DNA of 64,000 nucleotides, from positions 1,022,201 through 1,086,200 of the forward strand of contig NC_092679.1 of assembly GCF_964355755.1 (NCBI RefSeq), read 5' to 3'. The notes under the pieces are model-generated. The model was given only the letters and a program-made list of their open reading frames with translations. It ran no database searches and had not been told where the DNA came from. Origin of the DNA: Antedon mediterranea (lineage: Eukaryota; Animalia; Echinodermata). Within the stretch, counting starts at the first letter, position 1. Each line of letters opens with the position of its first letter. A program made the translations under genes and the position numbers. Positions 27,201-38,564 of this stretch are shown piece by piece.

Positions 27201-30200
27201 ATCAACCTACACAGACTTTGATCTTATAATAAATATATTGAAAATAAAAACTTAATTACAATGTCATACTTTTAATCCTGACATGACTTAATCAGTTTTG
27301 TCTGCCTTATTACTTTTATTGAATCTTAATTTTAATAATTACCAATCATTTTTAATCATAATAATCCAAACAAACAGAATTTGACTTACCATTATATTTT
27401 CTATTATAATTTATTCACATTTCTTTAATCTAAATTAAAATTTGATGAGTATTAAATTCAACCAGTATTGCTATAGCCATCAATTAATTTCAGGAATACT
27501 GTAGAAATTTTAATTCAAGAATAAATTATTATTTTACTGGTATCAAATGAGTCAGACGTACAAGTACTGTATTTGCAAAGTATTATATTATGAAAGAAGA
27601 TTACTTCTACTACTACTAATCTATTACTACAATAATAATTATTCTATTACTGCAGTTACTGCAGTAACTATATTTTATTTATGGCAACATTGATGTATGA
27701 TGTTTATGAGGCAGTCACTAATGAGTGCACAGAATTATTACCCAAAAGCTAGTTAAATAATTGTAGAAACAGGTTAAAGAGTATTCTATTGTGAATTCAA
27801 CAATATATTTTTGGGCAATAAATCTCTGATTGTAAGGATTTCTACATGCTAATAATAATGGCTCCACACTCCCCCCCCCCCTCCACCATTTTGGCCTCCC
27901 ACATGCTAACTGCTGCCCAAGGAAGTATGCAAGAATTGTCAACCAACAACACTTAAAGTTTAAAGAAGGATTTATTACTCACGCATCTTAAAATTCATTA
28001 ATCTATACAGTAACATATCAGTAATGTTTTTCTCCAGAGTCTAAAATTAATAACATCAAGAAGAAGAATATTGTTACTTTACCATAGGGATTGTGGGTTT
28101 GTATTATTTCCCATGAGACTTAGAAACATTATAACTAGGAACTCAGAATAAGGTAATGAATACAATAAATTAAATTTATACTAGTTACTTATTCAATGTT
28201 AATGTTATAGTTACTGTATGGGTACATTTTGTATTTTGTTTGTCTTTACTATTTGTTTCAAGATTTAGAAAAATGTTAAGACTCCTCCAGCTTAAAATAA
28301 TATTACAAAATATGATTATGTAATCATGGACCTATAAGTTAGATAGGTTCACCATGATGTAATTATACCCACTGGTCTTAAATTGATGGTATTTAGGTAA
28401 ACAGCATGAGATTAGTAGATAATCAGTCATAGCAATTAACATAAGGTTGATTTATGACTGTTGCCTGTTATGTGATACAGTAGGGTATCATTAATGATTC
28501 ACCTGAAATAATCTGAAGGTATTCACAAATATATTACTGACAAATGTTTACTGGTTAAGGTCAAGGCAATCCAACAAAAGTACACTGAGCTCGCCTTACC
28601 ACAATAAAATATCGTAACAGTCCTTTGATCTTATGTCTGGCTGCGACAAACACCAACAGTACTGTACTATGTACATATTCTCTGCGGTGTGCGGTGTCTG
28701 TTAAGGGGCGTGGAACTGATCATGTCGCAGCCACAGATAAACCATTTAATCTCTGGAGCTCAGCTACCTGTTGTTAGATTGCTTTGCATACCTGTCCCAC
28801 GTGTCCCCATCTTCCTCCCCTCCTCACGAAACCTCATTAGAAAAGAATGGTGCTCTAATGGGCTAACAGACAATTTTCTATTGTAAGATTTGATTTTTTA
28901 CTAGTGTTGAATGAAATCATGTTTGATTATTACATCATGACTGTTTAGAAAAACATTTCTATAGACAAACAAAATAAAATTTATCTGATACTAGTAATAA
29001 AGTTTTGCGATTATTAACATATTTACAATGCAATATTTACAGTTTACTGGAGATGAATAACACCATATTAAATTTATAATAAACGTTAATATAGTCACAT
29101 TGAATTGATCATTGAGGCATTTATCATGCAATATGTCATTTATAATTAATGTTTGCTGTTTAATTAATAATACTGGTGGTATGTTTATTTTGTTGATATT
29201 GCTGGAAATCATTACCAATTAATTGTTTGTTTGTTTTATCTTTATACTGGGTGACCTCTTCAGTCAAAGACTGATCTCCCAGAGGGCCCAGTTGGTGATC
29301 AGTGGCTGTGATGTACTAATACACCGGGGTAACCCCCTACTCGTCTCGAAAGATGTACTAGGTTCTTTCAAGTGCACACGAGCAAGTTGTGTACATTGGA
29401 CCTACGGTTTATAGTCCTTATCCGAGAAGACTCGTTCTACCACCAGAACCATAGAGTGAGTGAGCCTCGAACCCCTGCCGATGTTATGGCTACGTGATTA
29501 CGGTTCCACTGTCTTAACCGCTCGGCCACTCACTCACTGAGTAATAATGTATTTAAGCAAATGTTGTTTTATTATTTATGCAGCACAATGCTTAATTAGA
29601 CGACACCCATCAGACTGCATCAAATGATGAGTTTCAAGGCACTAGTAACATTTTTTTTAATGTTAAAATTTTTACAAACAAAAACCAATTTAAATTGATG
29701 GATCTATGAAATGGTTGAAGAAACGATGGAAAATATACGGTCAATCGATTATCAAATTAAACAACAGTACTCTCAGTTATGTCAACGAAATCAACATCTA
29801 GGTCTGTCTAGCGATATGAAAAATCGCTAGGCAACTGAAATTGATCTAGGCTAATTCTGTTTTTTTTAACGATCCCACTTTCTTGTATAGTTGATCCCAC
29901 TAATTAATCAAAATCATAGAAACGATTTACTGTAAAGCTAATTTAAGTGCTTTTTTTTTTATATTTAGTACAATCGCTCTCCAAAAAATTTTTAGTTCCG
30001 ATCAACTGCAATTTTAAATGTTAAATTGTATGCCAAGCCCAGACAAAAATTGGTGATGTTTTTGGATTTTCCTTGTAGTTTATTTTTTTCTCAGAGAACA
30101 TTTTTAAATTGGAATGATTGGAATACATGAATTTTCAAAATACATGACTCTCTGATAGAGATGTATGATATATGTTATAATTAACTTTGACATAATTTCT

Positions 30201-30763
30201 AAGAAAGATAATACAATTACATTATCGTTTAACAATCCAACATTGATAAAATCACCTTCTTTAGCGTAGGATGTGCTGACCTTTACGAATAATGATTTGA
30301 CCTTTGCGTGGGATGAAGCAACCTTTGTATTGGATCAAATATTCTACACCTCATCTACAGCAGCAATATTGAAAGTAGTTATGAACTAGACCATAATGGT
30401 TAGTTCAAATCTATGCATGATTACCCAGTTTATTTTGATGTTTTTTACTTAACTTTCAGCAAAAAGCACACTAACATGTGTCAATTTAGCCTCTTAAAAT
30501 TCCTCTGTCTACTTATATACTCTTCTACTTATCAAAAGTACAATATCAGACTTTCTTTTCTTTTATAGACTATGGATATAAACATCTTAAGACATTTCTG
30601 TGTACTTTAAACTTGTTCTGATTTAAAATCAGAACAAGGTGGAAATAAGGAAGAAAAGAAATTATATGAATCTACATACCTCATCCCAACGATCAAACGT
30701 ATTCCCTTCTCGCATAAAATCTGGAATTGGAACTTGCCATTTGAATTCATACAGCTTCGCCAT
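96..30763 (-). CDS. PLCB4: Phospholipase C beta-4 / norpA-class gene (multi-exon, 3' end beyond left edge)
   Basis: 24 exons with canonical splice sites and consistent phases join into one ORF: PH ([10 protein letters not shown]..., cf. human PLCB4 MAKPYEFNWQ), EF hands, X box ([28 protein letters not shown]), Y box (MSSFNE, SRIYPRG), C2 and Gq-binding helix region (DALSDP). RQFGGKSS and [13 protein letters not shown] are PLCB4/norpA-type motifs. Confidence 0.95.
326..414 (-). CDS. PLCB4: PLCB4-like exon 23 (proximal CTD)
   Basis: (A)[29 protein letters not shown]|gttggt. Confidence 0.9.
510..614 (-). CDS. PLCB4: PLCB4-like exon 22 (C2 end)
   Basis: (G)[34 protein letters not shown]|gtaaga. 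Confidence 0.93.
1039..1138 (-). CDS. PLCB4: PLCB4-like exon 21 (C2)
   Basis: [33 protein letters not shown]|gtaggt. Confidence 0.93.
2275..3337. repeat. 271-bp near-perfect inverted repeat (arms 2275-2545 and 3067-3337)
   Basis: Arms are reverse complements with about 3 mismatches by eye. Confidence 0.95.
2644..2989. repeat. 170-bp direct duplication (2644-2813, 2820-2989) with short internal repeats
   Basis: GATTGCTACTTTAAC...GCATATGCCTT present twice, separated by 6 bp. Confidence 0.92.
3027..3389. mobile_element. Degenerate Tc1/mariner-like MITE interrupted by the right inverted-repeat arm
   Basis: Left CTGTAGAATTCC..GGGACGCCC, right GTGGTTCTACGG followed by TA; same terminal family as 46407-48494. 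Confidence 0.6.
3400..3628 (+). mobile_element. Internally deleted copy of tRNA-derived SINE family A
   Basis: Reverse-complement match to 29223-29538 (GAAGAGGTCACCCAGTATAAA, CCACTGATCA, GTAGCCATAACAT); A-rich tail. Confidence 0.8.
3883..4047 (-). CDS. PLCB4: PLCB4-like exon 20 (C2)
   Basis: [31 protein letters not shown]...[13 protein letters not shown]. Confidence 0.95.
4169..4271 (-). CDS. PLCB4: PLCB4-like exon 19 (Y box end)
   Basis: (G)[34 protein letters not shown]. Confidence 0.95.
4484..4660 (-). CDS. PLCB4: PLCB4-like exon 18 (Y box)
   Basis: (N)[42 protein letters not shown]...NGSC. Confidence 0.95.
4661..5044 (-). other. U12-type (minor spliceosome) GT-AG intron
   Basis: 5' end GTATCCTTT; branch-like TTTCTTAAC followed by 10 nt ending in AG; no polypyrimidine tract. 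Confidence 0.9.
5045..5129 (-). CDS. PLCB4: PLCB4-like exon 17 (Y box)
   Basis: (E)[27 protein letters not shown](N)|gtatcctt. Confidence 0.95.
5283..5477 (+). mobile_element. Decayed 3' end of an RTE-clade LINE ORF
   Basis: Frameshifted WRWAGNITR / DNRWT / W..RIGK / WLRIAKER / EAGYVLQWT, matching RTE-type RT C-terminal motifs as recalled. Confidence 0.7.
5515..5659 (-). CDS. PLCB4: PLCB4-like exon 16 (linker end / Y box start)
   Basis: GDINQDD...[33 protein letters not shown]|gtcagt. Confidence 0.93.
5774..6087. mobile_element. Tc1/mariner-like MITE (second copy about 16786-16939)
   Basis: TIR CAGTCAACTCT / AGAGTTGACTG, TA-flanked; shared internal sequence with the 16.8-kb copy. Confidence 0.75.
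6114..6241 (-). CDS. PLCB4: PLCB4-like exon 15 (X-Y linker)
   Basis: tag|(A)[19 protein letters not shown]...DLKISNKK|gtttgt; bridges phase 1 to phase 0 as required. Confidence 0.8.
6947..7455. repeat. 73-bp minisatellite, about 7 copies
   Basis: CAGAGCATGAACAACCGGTCC...GGAGTGCTAAACCAGGGGCC recurs at 7011, 7084, 7157 etc. Confidence 0.95.
9182..9339. mobile_element. PIF/Harbinger-like MITE, representative copy (about 16 copies in window)
   Basis: TIR AGCTCTGTCTACACTATCAAACT, TAA/TTA flanks. Other copies approx.: 8329-8460, 14633-14690, 17130-17265, 19672-19815, 20338-20475, 21957-22090, 25633-25717, 33727-33887, 35997-36146, 41355-41463, 42365-42473, 43176-43310, 53430-53531, 57986-58143, 62592-62735. 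Confidence 0.85.
9500..9562 (-). CDS. PLCB4: PLCB4-like exon 14 (X-Y linker, probable cassette)
   Basis: tag|(D)[20 protein letters not shown]|gtacat; 63 nt, phase 1-1, acidic. Confidence 0.65.
10546..10611 (-). CDS. PLCB4: PLCB4-like exon 13 (X-Y linker)
   Basis: (D)[21 protein letters not shown]|gtaagt. Confidence 0.85.
11098..11585. repeat. 18-bp minisatellite (GGGTGGACTTATATCCAG-like)
   Basis: About 27 diverged units; produces the spurious LDISPP / DLYPGM ORFs. Confidence 0.95.
11612..11702 (-). CDS. PLCB4: PLCB4-like exon 12 (X box end)
   Basis: [30 protein letters not shown]. Confidence 0.93.
11831..11995 (-). CDS. PLCB4: PLCB4-like exon 11 (X box)
   Basis: [28 protein letters not shown]...LSDYP. 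Confidence 0.95.
12496..12667. mobile_element. Non-autonomous TIR element with 5-bp direct flanks
   Basis: GTGTA-CAGGGAATAATTTC...GAAATTTTTCCCTG-GTGTA. Confidence 0.7.
12927..13020 (-). CDS. PLCB4: PLCB4-like exon 10 (X box)
   Basis: (R)[31 protein letters not shown]. Confidence 0.96.
13251..13461 (-). CDS. PLCB4: PLCB4-like exon 9 (EF end / X box start)
   Basis: [23 protein letters not shown]...[29 protein letters not shown](R). Confidence 0.96.
13905..14536. repeat. Perfect 19-bp minisatellite (GTGTGAATGGAATGGGCAG), about 33 copies
   Basis: Uninterrupted tandem array. Confidence 0.98.
14764..14942 (-). CDS. PLCB4: PLCB4-like exon 8 (EF hands)
   Basis: GNNHEDII...[19 protein letters not shown]...YSEK. 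Confidence 0.93.
15134..15293 (+). mobile_element. Helentron-associated (HINE/DINE-1-like) non-autonomous element, decayed
   Basis: Subterminal inverted motif ACCTCCGCC...GGAGGAGGT, short 3' hairpin CACTC-TCC-GAGTG, ends CTAGTT. Confidence 0.55.
15408..15508 (-). CDS. PLCB4: PLCB4-like exon 7 (EF hands)
   Basis: [33 protein letters not shown]. Confidence 0.93.
16954..17089 (-). CDS. PLCB4: PLCB4-like exon 6 (EF hands)
   Basis: (H)[30 protein letters not shown]...LPSNK. Confidence 0.94.
18062..18141 (-). CDS. PLCB4: PLCB4-like exon 5 (PH end)
   Basis: [26 protein letters not shown](H). Confidence 0.93.
21795..21947 (-). CDS. PLCB4: PLCB4-like exon 4 (PH)
   Basis: [11 protein letters not shown]...[27 protein letters not shown]|gtaagt. 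Confidence 0.92.
24028..24087 (-). CDS. PLCB4: PLCB4-like exon 3 (PH)
   Basis: [20 protein letters not shown]|gtaagt. Confidence 0.92.
25441..25521 (-). CDS. PLCB4: PLCB4-like exon 2 (PH)
   Basis: [27 protein letters not shown]. Confidence 0.93.
26049..26423 (+). mobile_element. 5'-truncated retroelement 3' end inserted in a local duplication
   Basis: Hairpin GAAGGTGACCA..TGGTCACCTTC, AATAAA then (AAAC)n tail; interrupts the second copy of a ~95-bp duplication starting near 25880. Confidence 0.55.
26715..26980 (+). mobile_element. tRNA-derived SINE family B (second copy about 53790-54022, minus strand)
   Basis: A-box-like TGGCGCAGTG, B-box GGTTCGAATCC, CORE-like TTAGGCAAG..CCACCCAGGTGTATAAAAT, (ATT)n tail; reverse-complement copy lies in the U12 intron. 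Confidence 0.72.
29223..29538 (-). mobile_element. Full-length tRNA-derived SINE family A (Deu/Nin-domain-like)
   Basis: A box TGGCCGAGCGG, B box GGTTCGAGGC, central GGATAAGGACTATAAACCGTAGGTCC...GAGTAGGGGGTTACCCCGGTGT, (AAAC)n tail; fragments near 3400, 23480-23620, 44460, 63820-63920. Confidence 0.8.
30680..30763 (-). CDS. PLCB4: PLCB4-like first coding exon (exon starts at 30821 with 58 nt 5'UTR)
   Basis: [28 protein letters not shown]|gtatgt; in-frame stop upstream of ATG; cag acceptor at 30822-30824. Confidence 0.93.
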
Positions 30764-33700
30764 GTTTAGGAATTAGCATAGGTCCCGGAGTGGACTCGCA
30801 CACACAGCCCTTGTATTGTACCTGCAAATAAACAAATTATGATGTATGACAACAGTGCATATTATTTTGTTTAATATCGAATTTTAATCTACAATCTAAA
30901 GTAACAAATAGACACTGTGTTACTGTTACCAGGACTATGTTTACATTATTTTAGATATCAGTAAACGAACCGCAAAAAACACCTGTATTATCAAAAAACA
31001 TGGTCATGCATGAATGATTTCTTAATGCTTAAATTCCATGCATCACTGATTTCTGAGGACTTGCGTGTATTCATTAGGTAGCCTCATTACGTGTATTAGA
31101 CTTCACAGTATACTCATTGTACTAAGCTACTTGCCAGCTGGTTTCAGCGCTTTTTTAGTGTAATCACGATTCCTTTGACAATCAATAATTCCTCGGACAT
31201 AACCTACCTATTGGTTCAGTTTATTTCCAATAACCAATGTACTTTAGTTAACCTTGGAATATTCATCTGTTTTCATTATAAATTTTGTATCATTCTTTCA
31301 TTCGTGGAAAATTACTTCCATTTATTGTTGTCATTTGCATAAAAAATATACATAGAAATTATGCTTGCTCTCTGAGATATACAAAAACAGATAAATGAAA
31401 AACTAACAAAAACAATTACAAAGTGTCACATCACTCGTGCGGTATACTGACAAGCATTCAGTGCCCGAATAGCAGCTGGATAAAAGATGTTACGAAACCT
31501 ATTTGTATGAGAGATGATGGACCGGTAACATCTACCGCTGTGTAACACCTCAAATACATTATGCATGGGATATCATATCTAACAACAAGCACTTGACTCA
31601 CTGATTAAGAAATGTTAAACAGTGACTTTCTAGTCTTTCATGATGTTCATGAGAATAATCTTGTTTAACTAACCTACAAGAAAACGCGCAAAAATTTTTA
31701 GACAAGGACCAACGAATTGCTGTATATTGTATACCCAACACTATGTGCCTAGAGTATTAGGATAGCTAACCTCCAAGTGGCAATACCAAACACTAGAGTG
31801 TTTAATAGCTAGCCTCCAAGTCGTGTATACCCGACACTATGTACCTAGAGTGCCTGGATAGTTAGCCCAGAGCATGTTGGACTACTACTAAACTCAGACT
31901 ACAAACAGTTCACTGACCAGCATAGGGTCATTATTACACAAGCTTCAAAATGTCATTCAAAGCATTATCGACGCCCACAACTTCCAAACAAAATGTTAAC
32001 AACTCTATTTAAGCATACTCCATAAAAAATTTACAACTTGAACTACTGGTTAAATTTACTTTCAATTCATTAAAGGAAAGCCTATAAAGCAAACTGCAAT
32101 AAAGGAGTTGGTTGAATGGTTTAGGAAGAAAGCCAATATGCGGCTCCTATTATCCTTGGAATCTGAATACAAACAGCTATAGAATACACAAGGCACTCAT
32201 CAATAATACAACACACACACATTATTTATACTTGCTGTTCTTGCTATCTTATGTAACAGTACATGCTGCAATGGTAAGGCCAAATATAGGCCCTTCCTCA
32301 CACAATTTTTGGAGTCACATACATTTTTAACTACTGTACCAATATTTGCTTAAATAAAAAAAATCTTTCAATTTATTAAATAATTAATAAATGATTGTTA
32401 TTTTGAGTTTAGTCAGCCAATGTACCAAAACATGCGAATTATCACAATTTTTTAGTGTCGAACACAAATTTATATCCGGGGTAAGAATTATTTTTTTAAG
32501 TCTCTGATTTTCTACAAAAAACTCGGTCATTGCAAATTTTAAACTCCCCATTACTGTACCTTATGTGAATGACTAAATATATTAAACCCAATAAGCCTGA
32601 GGTAATGAACTAGGGTTTTAGCAAATATTAATTCAGAAAATGAGGAAAAATACAAGTTTAAAAAAGAATGAAGTTAAGGATCTGAAAAAGAAAAAGGCAA
32701 AAATAGTAGAGGATGACAGAGGCCCAAGAAAATGAATACTATAATGCTCTGTTGACAGATGGATGAGTAGATACTCCCAACATTTTAATTTCTTGTTTTA
32801 AAATGGATTTAAATAATAATCATAAAACTATTTTTTCATTTCATCATAAAAATATGATTATTCAACAGTATTTATTAAATTATAAATTAAAAAAATATAA
32901 ACCAGGTTATTATAATAACAAGTGTACTTTACTTCATAAACACAGCTTACGTACAAAAAAGCATAAAATAAAAAGTCGATACTTAAAGCCAATATTACCA
33001 TATAGAATGATAGGATACTACAATCATATACGGTACCTTCAATTTACATGTTAATTATTCCAATAACAAGATTTATAATAACTGTTAGAACCTAAACCCA
33101 AACATAAAAATAGGAATGTGAACTGTACATTATATTAGCGCAGCGTACTTTAATACATTAGATAGGCATAATATTAAAATTCTTCAGGGATCAACTCAAC
33201 ATATTTAGCATAAAGGTTGTCCCTAATGGGATCAAGAAAATGCAGTGTATGCTGTCAAAGCGTATCTACACTAATTCTTTGCCGTAGCCAACGTCTGCGA
33301 CAATTACTTCATTTATAAGTTCATGTTCAATTTACTAAATTAATTATTTTAAATTCGATGATGTAATCCTCTTCCTCATGATAGAGATAGAAAAATCATT
33401 ATTATCATCATGATTTGAGACAATGACGATGCTAAAGTTGACGGTGATGATAATAATGATTTTAAAACCTTGATACTCTCAAGCGCAATTTGCGTTTTCA
33501 AAGATAAACTGATTCACACAGTATTATTTTTCACACAGCGAATATAATAAGTGCCTGTGGAATACATACAGACTTGTGATACAATTTGGTGGGTAACACT
33601 TATGCTGTGTACTTAGGTATGCATAGTATGTATGTATGTAGACCATATAATATCAAGTATAGTAGTTATCGGTATGTATTTCACACACGTGGGCAATGCT

Positions 33701-36700
33701 TATTCGACAAACAACAATGAATCCAAACCTCTGTAGTATACACTATCAAACTACAGCAGTTTTACAAAAAAAGTTTGATGTGCCCAAATATGGCAAGATA
33801 TGTTCAAATATGGTAGTGATATGACATCATCATGTCCATCACATCACATTTTTTAGTCACAGAAAGTTTGATAGTGTAGACAGAGCTTAATAAGAACAGC
33901 AATACAATTCTGATATTATGTATTGTTTCATATGCACAGTATGGAGACGAGAAATGGTTAATTCTGAACAGTTTTAATATACATGTGCAAGTGTATCAAT
34001 ATTTTATTATACAAATATTGATAGTAGTAGAATAAAAAAGTACCTATTGTAATGTATTGATTTTTAACAATAAGTAATAGCATAACATGATTCGTACTTC
34101 ATCCAATGTCAAGGTAACGAGAAATCGTCATAGCAACTTATTAAATTGTAGGGTTTTTTAAAAATGTGTTTAAATTCTACCAAAAACCATACTTAAATAC
34201 ATGTTAGCAGTGCTAATAATACCAAACCATACTCTAAATACATGATAGCAATGTTAATAATAAGGCTAACAAGTTTCTTGTTTAAATGTAGCTTAATTAA
34301 AATCTGCATTTCTGATGACTTAATGAGTCAGAACCGATATTGAAAAAGAATTAGTTAACTTAAAAGTCAGTTGACAAACTGCATGAAATTCTACACGAAC
34401 TAGAGCTAAGGTTTTGTCGAAAATTCTGATATAATAGAATACCAAGTCTGATTAGAAGAACAACGTTGGCACTTATTAATTTGATTTCTAAAAACATTAA
34501 CTAGTCTAGCATAAACCGACAAAAGCCTGCGATATCCAGAGGGAGGGCTTTGATACGAAAAGTTACAAGTTCTACTGTAATTGACTAATCCGTCAACCAT
34601 GCCCTTACGTGGGTCAACAATTCCTGCACCAAACACAATAATTTTTAAACTGACTTCCAATACCAAATTTGTTCTTTAGATTACTATAGTATTACCAACT
34701 ATAGATAAAGAGATAAACAAAAAGATTAGATAGAAACAGATTAAATACAAGAGATTAAATTTGATGATCACCAGCCATTGATAAATTGCATGATGGGATG
34801 GATCCATCATCAATCAAGTTAAAATTAAAGACCAACACTTCCCTGTTGCTATGATATGAAAAGCACATCATCAGCAAATGTCAAGTATGAGATTGGCTGT
34901 AGGCAAGAAATGCAGTTTATTGACCAATTGATCCAACAGTGTTTGAAACCTTTTCTATTTCAATGAGGTATTTGAACATAGTAGGCTATAAAGGTTGTTC
35001 AACATCAACAAGATTTACTTTATTCCTTACAAAAGCTGAATATCCTCTGGCATATCCCACTCCCTAGAACATGAAATTGGGTGGGACTATACATGAGAAA
35101 CCCTGGTTCAGGAAAAAAATGATTCAGTAAATCATTTTGTTGTAAAAACTCATGTGAACTGGCTAGAGAGGCCTAACATTCAGACCAAACGTCAATACTG
35201 AGACTATACCCAGGGATATGCCGGTTTTAGACATAAAGTAGGAGGTGGGATTAGACCCCAAGTGGGATTGTACCCGAGGATATACGGTAATTGGAGATTA
35301 TAGTTACTATAAAACTCCACTTTGGATTTTTAATAAATAGTTCCTGGCTATAGAAATATTCCTAGTCTTATTCAACCACTCCTATTATAATTGGCCAGAA
35401 GAATAATACTTTAAGGTTAAAACTTGTTACATATTCCATAGGGATTATTATTATTTTCATAATGTATTCTTCTCTTAGTAATTAGTCTTCAGATAGACTA
35501 TTGTTGGTTTATCCAGGTAAGCTAGGCACGAAGTATATTCACTACAATTACTTGGCAGTAAACGGAATGTTCACAATGATCATGATGTCAACTGACCGTG
35601 GGATTAACATAAAAATTGGATTAGTTTGTGCTAACTGCATAAATGTAGCTTTGTGTGTGGGTGTCATGATAAATACTGTATGCTTTATTTATATTGCTTA
35701 TGGTAGTACAGTAATCTGTATTTACTGACTGCTGTGATTAATGACAATGATAATGTTGATTGATGATGATAATGAGATTATTGTGGATCAGAACAAATGA
35801 ATACTAACTACAAAATGGTTTGAAGTACAATGTATGTGATGCAGTAACCAGTGTAAATGTAACAAAAACATATAGAAACATAATATTATTCTTAAATAAT
35901 AGTTAAGGTACACATTTAAATTCATTTTTAAAATATCCTTTCTAAATTTTAACATAATTTTTGAGTGATATAAAAATGAAATATCCTTTCTACTAAAGCT
36001 CTATGTACACTATCAAACTTATGTGACAAAAAGTGTGATGTGCCCAAATATGGTAGTGATATGCTCAAATATGGTAGTGATATGACATCATTGTGTCCAT
36101 ATATATTTTTTGTCGCATAAAGTTTGATGATAGTGCAGACAAAGCTTTACTTGCAATTTTAGGATCATTTTTTAGTAAAATAATAAATATTGGATAACAT
36201 GACATGGTATTACCTTCACTACAATTAAACATGTTAATAAATTATGTTGATTTAATTGTTTCACCATGAGTGACATGCTGAACTAATTATTTCCATAGAA
36301 TGATGAATGTTCAATACACATAGGACTAACTATTACAGTTCTAGACACTAATAATTAAAGACAATCGTATAAATTAATGAAAACAAGATAGTAATGTGGG
36401 AGTTAATGAGTAAATATCATCACACACTGCAAGAATTAAAATATATCATTTATGTGTACTACTTAATTATCCTGTAAAGATCTTCTTCAAAGATGGAACT
36501 TTTTTTTTAATCACAAAATTATATTTTGTTAAAACAATTATCTTCATTTACCTCGATGTTGAGACTTAATAAAGTTATAGCTTGTGTTCTGTCACTCTAT
36601 AAATTGTCCCGAGATTTGACATAGTGACACATGTATGAAAACAAGTTGTCATCATTGATGACTTGAGATCGTTATTGAATTATTAACGCCGCACAAACTG

Positions 36701-37593
36701 GTTCATGATTTTTTTTTTTCATCATATTTTACATTTGAGGCCATGCATCATTCAACACAACGTAATCTTCTTTTTTAATTATATTTCAACCAAGTAAAAA
36801 CCAGTTAAATTAAAAATTGATAACATTTATTAATACCAAACATTATATTGTAGTGTCTGCACAGTTTTCATTATTATGACATCATTATGACAAATATATT
36901 ATTTAATTGCTTTTGAATGAATGACGTGAAGAGACACTAGCCTTTGGAGCAGATGGGCAGTTGTACTGTTAACAAAGGATCTATTCAGCTTGGAGGTTGT
37001 TTTTTTTTTGCAAAAAGGTCATAAGGATACTGGTAGCCTAGAGAAAGTTATAGAAATATTTGCTAGGAGAGAAACCGAATTAGAATAATAAAATAAAATA
37101 TTAGGTTTCTCGATACATAATACACTACTTGATATTATTGGTAGTGTTTGTAATTGAAAGTAAAATAAGTCAAAACATATCATGGTTTGATATCTTATTC
37201 TTATTAATATTATTATTAGGCGTTTGTTGAAGCTGAAATACAAAGTATTTTAAAATGCTTTGCTAGGCCTAGTATAGGCTGCCTAGGCTATTATTATTAT
37301 AATATTATTATTATATAAAAAGAAATTCAATTTCAATAACTTTAAAATTAAAATGTTACGCAAGATGCTTTTTATTTATTAAAAATGTTATTATTGCCAT
37401 CTAGGCTAGGCCTAACTCTAGCCTAAATAGCCTAGTACAGCCAGTAGGCCATATGTATAATAGTATACAGTTATAATTTAGGCCCTAAAATCCATCTAAA
37501 CCTAGCCTAGCTAGCAGGCTGGGAAGGGCTTAATTAATTATACAGCCATCATCATCAACTGCCTAACTTAAAAACACAAAAAAGACCTCTCAC

Positions 37594-37925
37594 CAATCAC
37601 ACGAAGAATATTTCAATATCGTCAATATCATCCAAAGATCAAAACATATTCCATCAACTAATTGATGGATTGTTCATTTGAACATCATCTTCAAAATACG
37701 GCAATATCCGTTGCAAATAAGCTGTCAATGTAACGGAGCTCCGTGGTTGTGATGGTGGCCCCTCGATAATTCCGATCAAAGCAAAGATAAGCAATGTTGC
37801 TCGCCTGGAGAATGCTCCTCCTCCCCGCGCGAAAGCAGCGAGATTGTTGCAAACCACCGCGACAGAAAAATCCACTGCTAATTCCAAAATAAATAGCACC
37901 CTCTATAGTTTCTCTATATAAAAAC
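37594..37925 (-). promoter_or_regulatory. Candidate promoter / non-coding first exon of the PLCB4-like gene
   Basis: Locally CpG-rich patch in AT-rich DNA, ending in a GTGAG donor (37589-37593); TATA-like TATATA near 37915; the ATG exon has an acceptor, so an upstream exon must exist. Confidence 0.5.
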
Positions 37926-38564
37926 TTTTTTTAAATACTTCCAAAACAAAACATGCGACGTATTTCCATTAAAAAAATAATTCATAGGCCTAGTTTTATT
38001 TTATATTGATATTTTAATGAAAACTGCACAAAACACCAAATCAATTGAATTTAAAAAGTGTATTACAATTACACCACATTTGTATCCGAAATTGTAAAAA
38101 GCAATGCAGTGGTATACTAGCATTCGTACTTACAATATTGCTTTATAGAAATAAGCTTTTAGGATACTTATCTCAATTTTAAATACAATCAATGCATAGT
38201 AGCATCACATGATAAAAGTAATATTTCAATATTAACATACTTTGCATTTCATAATGATTATAGGGCCTACTACAGATTGGTGGATTCATTATTAATTTCC
38301 ACAAAATAAATTGTCATAATACAAAATAGAGAATTGTTAGTTATTACATGTTAGTAGTGGTAGTGTAATATGGTTCATATTAAAATACATTAAATGTCCT
38401 TTAGTATTATTTCATTTACTTATTACTACAGTATTTAAAACAATGCTGATGCCATCGTGCCATTTGAAAGACATCAATATACAAAGTTGGTATAGTAAAA
38501 ATGGAAAGGCTGTGAATATTAGTCGTTTTAGCTCTGTTTAATTAGTCAGGCCTATAAAAGGACC

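Noticed and set aside
27978-27995. ATG plus strong gtgagt donor as an alternative first coding exon
   Set aside because: Phase is incompatible with exon 2 and there is no promoter evidence.
37654-37899. 81-aa ORF in the GC-rich patch
   Set aside because: Non-ATG start, no recognisable homology, and cannot splice in frame to the PLC ATG because of an upstream in-frame stop; treated as leader/promoter.
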